From the NCBI GenBank assembly GCA_032718475.1, contig JAUCBJ010005359.1, positions 1 through 64,000 of the forward strand: a stretch of 64,000 bases of DNA, in the 5' to 3' direction. The DNA is from Nemertoderma westbladi (taxonomy: Eukaryota; Animalia; Xenacoelomorpha). This document shows positions 52,401-61,400 of the stretch, piece after piece. Every line of letters starts with the position of its first letter. Positions within the stretch are counted from its first letter, which is position 1. The position numbers and the translations under genes were made by a program. A model generated the notes under the pieces. The model had not been told where the DNA came from, searched no databases, and was given only the letters and a program-made list of their open reading frames with translations.

Positions 52401-55400
52401 TATACTTCTCCTTTATCTCGGGTTGGTCATTCAACCGGCGTAGAATCCCTTTAAGTCGCCTAAGTGCCATGCTGGCGTTGTTTGCCATTGGTTTGTTTGG
52501 GTCCTTCCATAACATAGGTGAACACCAATGTCCGTCTTTAAACGTGGCCTGGTCGAGAACGTCCATACAATATTGGTCCTCTTCGGATGGGTTTTCGTCC
52601 TTTTCCGCGAACTCCTGGGTCTCCAAATTAAAATATTTCGTCATCTCTCGTTGGGTTTTCTCGGTTTCCAGGAACAAATCCTCGTCAAGATCCGAAGCTG
52701 AGCAATAACCCACAGAGGTTACCTTCTCTTTAATCTGACATTTAGGAAGGTAGGTATAGGTGTCCGTAGTTTCCTCCTTAATGCCGCAGAGTGTCCATCC
52801 CATTATGGTTCGTTCAGCATAAAATCCATCATCCTGGTTTATAGATCGAGCGATATCTCCGGTGGGGATGTGTAGTTCCGGTGTATCAAGTCCGATCAGT
52901 AGGGTGATACGGTTCACGTCCAACTGCGGACACCTCAGGTCTACATCGTCTCGGTCCAATTGTATGAGGGGGGCGTACTCGGCTGATTGTCGGAACCGCA
53001 CCCGGAGGTCTGTGTGTACCAAGGCGTTCTTGATGGTTAACTTAGCCGTTTCGTAGCCCTTCATCACTCCTTCCATCTGGAGTTGCACCTCCCCGGACTC
53101 TACTTCTTTGTTATCTGTGATGGTTTGTATGGGCCGTTTACAAGGTTCATATTCTAGGCCGAGTTGCTCGAGGAAATCCCGGTCGATGATGGTTCCGTCG
53201 GACCCGTTATCGAGGAACGCGAGTGTCGTCAAAGATTTGCCGACTCCTTGGATCCTTACTGGGATCACCTTTGCGAAGACCATGTAGCGGCGATTTATAA
53301 GATTAATCGTGGCCGAAATATTGGTTACTTGTGGTGTATCGGTGTAGATTTTAAACGGGTTGGTTTCTCTCCGTTGGGTTGTCCGGGTTCCTTTGAAGAC
53401 GTGGTTTGTTTCTCCTCTTCGCCTGGCTTCGATCCGAAAGGGGAGGGTAGTAAAGTCGAAGTTCGCGGGGATGTGGAGGAGCGTGTGATGGCGTTGGTCG
53501 TTACAGACAGCACAGCATGATCTTTGGTCGCACTCCCGAACATAGTGACCTGTTCCAAGACACCGGAAGCATCCTCGGTGTTTCATTATCGCCTCGAAGC
53601 GTGGGACGAGTTCGGCGAACTGAAACTTTCTGCAGAATTCCACTTTGTGTTTCTCCCCACAGAAGAGACAGAGCAGGGAATTTGTGATGCCTTCCCTTTC
53701 GGGTGCCCAACTCGCGAGATAACATGCCCATTCCTCAGCGGATGTCGGTTCCTCGTAGTCTTCGTCGTCGGAATCCTCGGCCATGGTAATGGCCATCGTA
53801 CTTACCGGTGGGGGGCGGAATCTCGGTTTCGGAGGGGTTATCTTACTCCTAGAGTTGCTCTCTATTCCGTCCAACTTTGCGAGACTTTGTTTTGAAAACA
53901 TCGAGTCATTCATGGCTTCGGAGATATCGTCCAGGAATGCCGACATTTCAAGGAAGCTAGGATCTCGATCTGGATGTCTGCGCCGGAGATCTACACATTT
54001 ATAAGCCCACTTACTTTGTAGCCATCCGGATAACTTCCGGGCGATCTGTCGGAGGTTTAGAATGTTGTTCACCTGGTCCTCCTTATTTAAGGGTTTCAGA
54101 GTATAATAGGCATCTTTCATAGAGTCGGAGAATTCCTGTATGTTCTGTGGGTCCCCTAGTGATCCCGCATCCTGTATCAGTCTCTCTAGAGTTTTATTAA
54201 TTATAGTTCCGGTATTTCCGTATCTTTTGTCTAGAGTTTTCCATGCGTCATAGTATGCCTCATGAGAACCTCCTTCAAAACATGCAACGATTCTGCGTGG
54301 TTTGTCACCCAGGTATTGCGATAAATATACCAATTTCTGTGCGTCGGCTATGTCCGTTGATCCAATCTGCGCAAAGAACCGTTTCTTGAATCTGAGGTAA
54401 TCGACGGGATCTCCTTCGAAGGTGCGAATCTCCATCTTCGGCATGGCAAGGCGGTTCTCCAACGCCCGGATGATGCTGACGTCGTCTGAACTGGAGTGAC
54501 TCGGAGGGTTATAGTTATTGGCACTCACTCCCATACTTGATGGATCAATGATAGGCGGAGTTTTAATAATGACGCGGCTGTGAGTTTGTGGTGTTGATGT
54601 AAATGGGTTGTTTGATCGGGGAGTGGCGTCCCGTTCCGAGTCCTTTTCAGGCTCGTACTTGGGTACACTCGCTGTCGTGGTGTTGGATGGGAAATAGGGT
54701 TCCTCATTCTTTAACGTAGCCGGTGGGGGATGGAACACCAGGGCTTGTGCCGATAGCGTAGACTGTTTGGTAGGCGGGATCTCGAGTTTCGGAGTTTTCG
54801 TCGCTGTTGGTGTAAATGACTTTTCTAACTCCGGTATCGGAATTGGTTCATATTCCTGATCTATATCCCTTTCCCAGTCCTCGTAGAGTTGAATATCTCG
54901 TTCTATAAGTGCGGCCTCGTATTCGGCCAGTTTCGCAATATCTGCATTCTTTTTGTGAGTGAGAATCGCTTGGGCCTCGGCGTGTTGTTTACGCATTTCT
55001 GCTTCCCATTTACGTTGTTCGATCTCTTGTTTGGCCTCTCGTTCATGTTGTTCGATCTCTCGTTTGGCCTCTCGTTCACGTTGTTCGATCTCTCGTTGGG
55101 CCTCTCGTTCACGTTGTTCGATCTCTCGTTGGGCCTCTTGTTCACGTTGTTCGATCTCTCGTTGGGCCTCTTGTTCACGTTGTTCGATCTCCTGTCTGCG
55201 TTGTTCGACCCGTCGTTCGACCTCTTGTTCGGCCTCTCGCTTTTGTGTTTCGGCGGCTAATACATCTTGCTCGGCTTGCAGTTGAATATACTCATCTTCC
55301 ATCCGAGCTTTGAGGGCTAATGCCTTCCGTTCTCGCAGTTGGTCTCGGAGTGGCTGACCCCCTTGAGAGCTATGCGCTGAGCCGGATCTCTCGCTCCTAG

Positions 55401-58400
55401 CGCTGGAGTGCTGATTTCTAGCGGACCCCGTTCTTTTTTGATGCACTGCCGTCCTGATGCTGGAGGATCGTACTGATTCCGCGTCCGTTCTTTCAGCCCT
55501 CTTGTAGTACTGTTCCTCATAGCCTCTCACAAGGCTGAGGGTCCTCCGGTGTTGTTTGCGGAACCCATCTAGATGTACAACGTGTTCTTCCAACTTGGGG
55601 TAGTTTTCCTGATCGGTGGAGGGAACGAGATCTTGGTACGCCTGTATCATTCTTTCGTACCGCTGTAGGATATTTCGGATACTTTGAAGCTGAGTTTGTA
55701 CCTCATTGAGGGGGGTTTTGACTCCCTTGAGTTGTTTCTCCATCCGTTGATACGCTCGGGTTACTCCGCCTTTAAGGGCCCCTAACCGACGGGTCATGTT
55801 CTTGACATTTGGTACCTCGTCGGTTTCCGAGTCTGTGTGGTGATCCATCTCGTCGGTATCGGATACGTTATTTGTTGTCATTGTAACGCCTCGTCGATGG
55901 CTAGATACGCGATGTCGTAAAACAGTTCCTCGTAGGTATTGTACTCAGCTTGGACCACCCGAACAGTAATCCTGAATCGTCCAACGTTCGTTCCTTGTAC
56001 CTCAACTTCGACGTGCCAGATTCCTGGCTCAACTTGAATTATATCAATGGGTGTGATCGATACTTCCATTCCCTGTTAACAACTCTCCCAATATGTGATC
56101 TGCCGACTACGAGTTGGTTAGATCGAGTTTGTTGCTTAATTAAACCACGACTTTGTCTCAACTCAAATACCAGAGTTTCCTCGTAGTGGGTGCTGGCAAG
56201 CACGTAGAGAGTTTTTGAAGAGTATTGAAGGATTCTCAACTTCCACCAGTTGAAGTTGACCGTAATTATCCTTAATTTTGACACCGTGTCAAAATTAACC
56301 GCATGAATTATTCTTAATTTTGTTGCCGTTATTCCTACACCAGGGGGGAAAAAACGCCGATGCTGGAGACGTGACTTAACAGACCACCGAGCCCCGGCCA
56401 GTCACCGGATATTGATTGTGGGGAGGGAATATTTTCTGAGATGCAAGTTTGTGGTCGAGAAAAAGCTGCATTAGTTGGATATACTCTTTAATGTAACTGA
56501 ACTCTGTTGAACCTTGATTAAGAATAATTTTGGGCTTCCCCAAATCAATATACACCAAATATTCACAATAATTATACACGATAATATAAATCCCTACGGT
56601 ATATTATTTAATAACCCACTGTTCGCTCAGAATTTTAGCCTACGTAATGTTCCCAGATTTTCCCTCAGTCCCAGTCTTAGTGCCGTAGTGTCGGTGTCGG
56701 TTGACCCTGTCGCGTGTCCGTTCCACCCCTCACGAACCCCGAAGGGAACGATCATCGAGAACCAGCACGGCTTGGCTAAGGGTCGGTCCAGTCGGTAGAC
56801 TCTGTCGCGTATCCGTACCACCCCTCTCGAACCCCGAAGGGTTCGGTCATCGAGAACCAGTACGGCTTGGCTAGGAGTCTGTCGTGTCGGTGGACCCGTT
56901 CGCGTGTCCGTTCCACCCCTCACGAACCCCGAAGGGTTCGATCATCGAGAACCAGAACGGCTTGGCTAGGGGTCCGTCGGTTCATCACAGAAACCCAACC
57001 ACCTAGGCTTTCCGAGTCCGTTTCAGGCTCGTAGTCGCTTCGGCAGCCGAGAAACTGCTCCGAACAGTCGGTAGGCCAGTAGAGTCTAGTCGAGTCTAGT
57101 CCTTTGTCTTTCGACCCCGTCGCGTGTCCACTCCACCCCTCACGAACCCCGGGGTTCGATCATCGAGAACCAGAACGGCTTGGCTACTAAGGGGCCGTCG
57201 GTGCCCGTCGCAAATCCCTGACACAAGCAGTCAGCGGTCCGAGTTCTTTTCAGTCTCGTAATGGCTGCTGTTGGCCAGGGACCGCTAAGGGCAGTCCTTG
57301 TCCTTTAGGCCTGGCGCATTACCAAATCCACCCCTACAGGCAGCAGGAAGTTGGCCAGGGCCTAATAGTACTCAGGCTAACCTGAATACTGCTTGCATTT
57401 TCCATCCCCCCTGGCCCTTATAACTATGAAATTATTCCCGTACCCTGTAAGTTGCCCCAAAGTTCGCCCATAAATCGCCCCCAGTTTATTGAATGTGCCC
57501 AAAACCCATGGTCCCGCACCCAGTAGTAATATCGGAATAATCAATTTTAATAAAATACAAAAATATTCAACTCGCGTTATGGAAAGTTGAAATACCGCGA
57601 ACAATGTCTGACCATTATTCTTTATGGGGATGATGTGATCCATTATTGTTCGCGTTCGAGACGATATCGAAATCAACACACGAATGAACTACGGACTGCG
57701 TACAACTAACTGTATAAACTGTTTATTATGGACTGACCTCGTAGGTCTGCCAAGGTAGACAGCTGAGTACCGGCTCGAGATCCTCGATGGGATGACGGGG
57801 CCATTGCAGACTATGTTTAATGTAACGCCGGTTTACTATCGCCCAATCAGAGGTGTAGCCGGCAACGCAATCGAGAACCCTGGAGTTGGCTACCACGCCC
57901 TCTCGCGGTAGGTTAGGGTGCACGGTTCGTCTTTGTCTGGAGACGCGAGATACTTCTATGTCGTCTGGAGGGAATTCTAAGAGGAATCTATTGATAAGGG
58001 GGGGGGGGGGGGGGGGGTGGGGGGTCTGGTAAAGGGTAATATGGGTAAAGTTGGTCATTAAGTTGGTATGTGTGGTTTATTTGTAATGATATATGGTGTC
58101 TCTCGGGACGGTGATACGACACTCACCTGTGTCCTTCGGGACTGGTAATACGAAACTCACCTATGTCCCTCGGGACTGGTGATACGAAACTCACCTGTGT
58201 CCTTCGGGACTAGTGATACGAAACTCACCTGTGTCCTTCGGGACTGCTGATACGAAACTCACCTGTGTCCCTCGGGACTGGTGATACGAAACTCACCTGT
58301 GTCCCTCGGGACTGGTAATACGAAACTCAACTGTGTCCTTGGGGACTGGTGATACGAAACTAACCTGTGTCCCTTGGGACTGGTGATACGAAACTCACCT

Positions 58401-61400
58401 GTGTCCCTTGGGACTGGTGATACAAAACTCACCTGTGTCCTTCGGGACTGGTGATACGAAACTCACCTGTGTCCTTGGGGACTGGTGATACGAAACTCAC
58501 CTGTGTCCTTGGGGACTGGTGATACGAAACTCACCCGTGTCCTTGGGGACTGGTGATACGAAACTCACCTGTGTCCTTGGGGACTGGTGATACGAAACTC
58601 ACCTGTGTCCTTGGGGACTGGTGATACGAAACTCACCTGTGTCCTTGGGGACTGGTAATACGAAACTCACCGTGTCCTTGGGGACTGGTGAAACGAAACT
58701 CACCTGTGTTGCAGGGGACTGGTGATACGAAACTCACCTGTGTCCCTCGGACTGGTGATACGAAACTCACCTGTGTCCTTTGGGACTGGTAATACGAAAC
58801 TCACCTGTGTCCCAGGGGACTGGTGATACGAAACTCGCCTGTGTCCCTCGGCACTGGTGATTCGAAATTCACCTGTGTCCTTCGGGACTGGTGATACGAA
58901 ACTCACCTGTGTCCCTCGGACTGGTGATACGAAACTCACCTGTGTCCCTCGGACTGATGATACGAAACTCACCGGTGTCCTTTGGGACTGGTGATACGAA
59001 ACTCACCGGTGTCCCTCGGACTCACCTGTGTCCCTCGGCACTGGAGAACTCACCTGTTTCCTTGGGGACTGGTGATACGAAACTCACCAGTGTCCTTGGG
59101 GACTGGTGATACGAAACTCACCTGTGTCCTTGGGGACTGGTGATACGAAACTCACCAGTGTCCTTGGGGACTGGTGATACGAAACTCACCTGTGTTCCAG
59201 GAGACTGGTGATACGAAACTCACCTGTGTCCTTGGGGACTGGTGATACGAAACCCACCCATCTCCTTGGGGACTGGTGATACGAAACTCACTTGTGTCCT
59301 TGGGGACTGGTGATACGAAACTCACATATGTCCTTGGGGACTGGTGATACTAAACTCACCGTGTCCTTGGGGACTGGTGATACGAAACTCACTTGTGTCC
59401 TTGGGGACTGGTGATACGAAACTCACATATGCCCTTGGGGACTGGTGATACTAAACTCACCGTGTCCTTGGGGACTGGTGATACGAAACTCACCTGTGTC
59501 CTTGGGGACTGGTGATACGAAACTCACCTATGTCCTTGGGGACTGGTGATACGAAACTCACCTGTGTCCCTCAGACTCACCTGTATTCCTCGGACTGGTG
59601 ATACGAAACTCACCTGTGTATTTGGGGACTGATGATACGAAACTCACCTGTGTCCTTGGGGACTGGTGATACGAAACTCACCTGTGTCCTTGGGGACTGG
59701 TGATACGAAACTCACCCGTGTACTTGGAGACTGGTGATACGAAACTCACCTGTGTCCTTGGGGACTGGTGATACGAAACTCACCTGTGTCCTTCGGGACT
59801 GGTGATACGAAACTCACCTGTGTCCTTGGGGACTGGTGATACGAAACTCACCTGTGTCCTTCGGGACTGGTGATACGAAACTCACCCGTGTACTTGGAGA
59901 CTGGTGATACGAAACTCACCTGTGTCCTTGGGGACTGGTGATACGAAACTCACCTGTGTCCTTCGGGACTGGTGATACGAAACTCACCTGTGTCCTTGGG
60001 GACTGGTGATACGAAACTCACCTGTGTCCTTCGGGACTGGTGATACGAAACTCACCTGTGTCCTTCGGGACTGGTGATACGAAACTCACCTGTGTCCTTG
60101 GGGACTGGTGATACGAAACTCACCCGTGTACTTGGAGACTGGTGATACGAAACTCACCTGTGTCCTTGGGGACTGGTGATATGAAACTCACCTGCGTCCT
60201 TGGGGACTGGTGATACGAAACTCACCTGTGTCCTTGGGGACTGGTGATACGAAACTCACCCGTGTCCTTGGGGACTGGTGATACGAAACTCACCTGTGTC
60301 CTTGGGGACTGGTGATACGAAACTCACCTGTGTCCTTGGGGACTGGTGATACGAAACTCACCTGTGTCCCTCGGACTCACCTGTGTCCTTGGGGACTGGT
60401 GATACGAAACTCACCTGTGTCCCTCGGACTCACCTGTGTCCTTGGGGACTGGTGATACGAAACTCACCTGTGTCCTTGGGGACTGGTGATACGAAACCCA
60501 CCCGTGTCCTTGGGGACTGGTGATACGAAACTCACCTGTGTCCCTCGAACTCACCTGTGACCTTGGGGACTGGTGATACGAAACTCACCTGTGTCCTTGG
60601 GGACTGGTGATACGAAACCCACCCGTGTCCTTGGGGACTGGTGATACGAAACTCACCTGTTTCCTTGGGGACTGGTGATACGAAACTCGCCTGTGTCCCT
60701 CGGTACTGGTGATTCGAAATTCACCTGTGTCCTTCGGGACTGGTGATACGAAACTCACCTGTGTCCCTCGGACTGGTGATACGAAACTCACCTGTGTCCC
60801 TCGGACTGATGATACGAAACTCACCGGTGTCCTTTGGGACTGGTGATACGAAACTCACCGGTGTCCCTCGGACTCACCTGTGTCCCTCGGCACTGGAGAA
60901 CTCACCTGTTTCCTTGGGGACTGGTGATACGAAACTCACCAGTGTCCTTGGGGACTGGTGATACGAAACTCACCTGTGTCCTTGGGGACTGGTGATACGA
61001 AACTCACCAGTGTCCTTGGGGACTGGTGATACGAAACTCACCCGTGTCCTTGGGGACTGGTGATACGAAACTCACCTGTGTCCTTGGGGACTGGTGATAC
61101 GAAACTCACCTGTGTCCTTGGGGACTGGTGATACGAAACTCACCTGTGTCCCTCGGACTCACCTGTGTCCCTCGGCACTGGAGAACTCAACTGTTTCCTT
61201 GGGGACTGGTGATACGAAACTCACCAGTGTCCTTGGGGACTGGTGATACGAAACTCACCTGTGTCCTTGGGGACTGGTGATACGAAACTCACCAGTGTCC
61301 TTGGGGACTGGTGATACGAAACTCACCCGTGTCCTTGGGGACTGGTGATACGAAACTCACCTGTGTCCTTGGGGACTGGTGATACGAAACTCACCAGTGT

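Larger units (their letters stand above)
43564..57603 (-). mobile_element. Full-length BEL/Pao LTR retrotransposon in DOCK intron 3, same orientation as the host
   Basis: TG...CA LTRs; 5-bp TSD ATGTC at 43559-43563 and 57604-57608; G7 polypurine tract at about 45155-45161; intact gag-pol. Confidence 0.97.

Noticed and set aside
49442-55285. Plus-strand ORFs antisense to gag-pol
   Set aside because: Shadow ORFs with no recognisable motifs.
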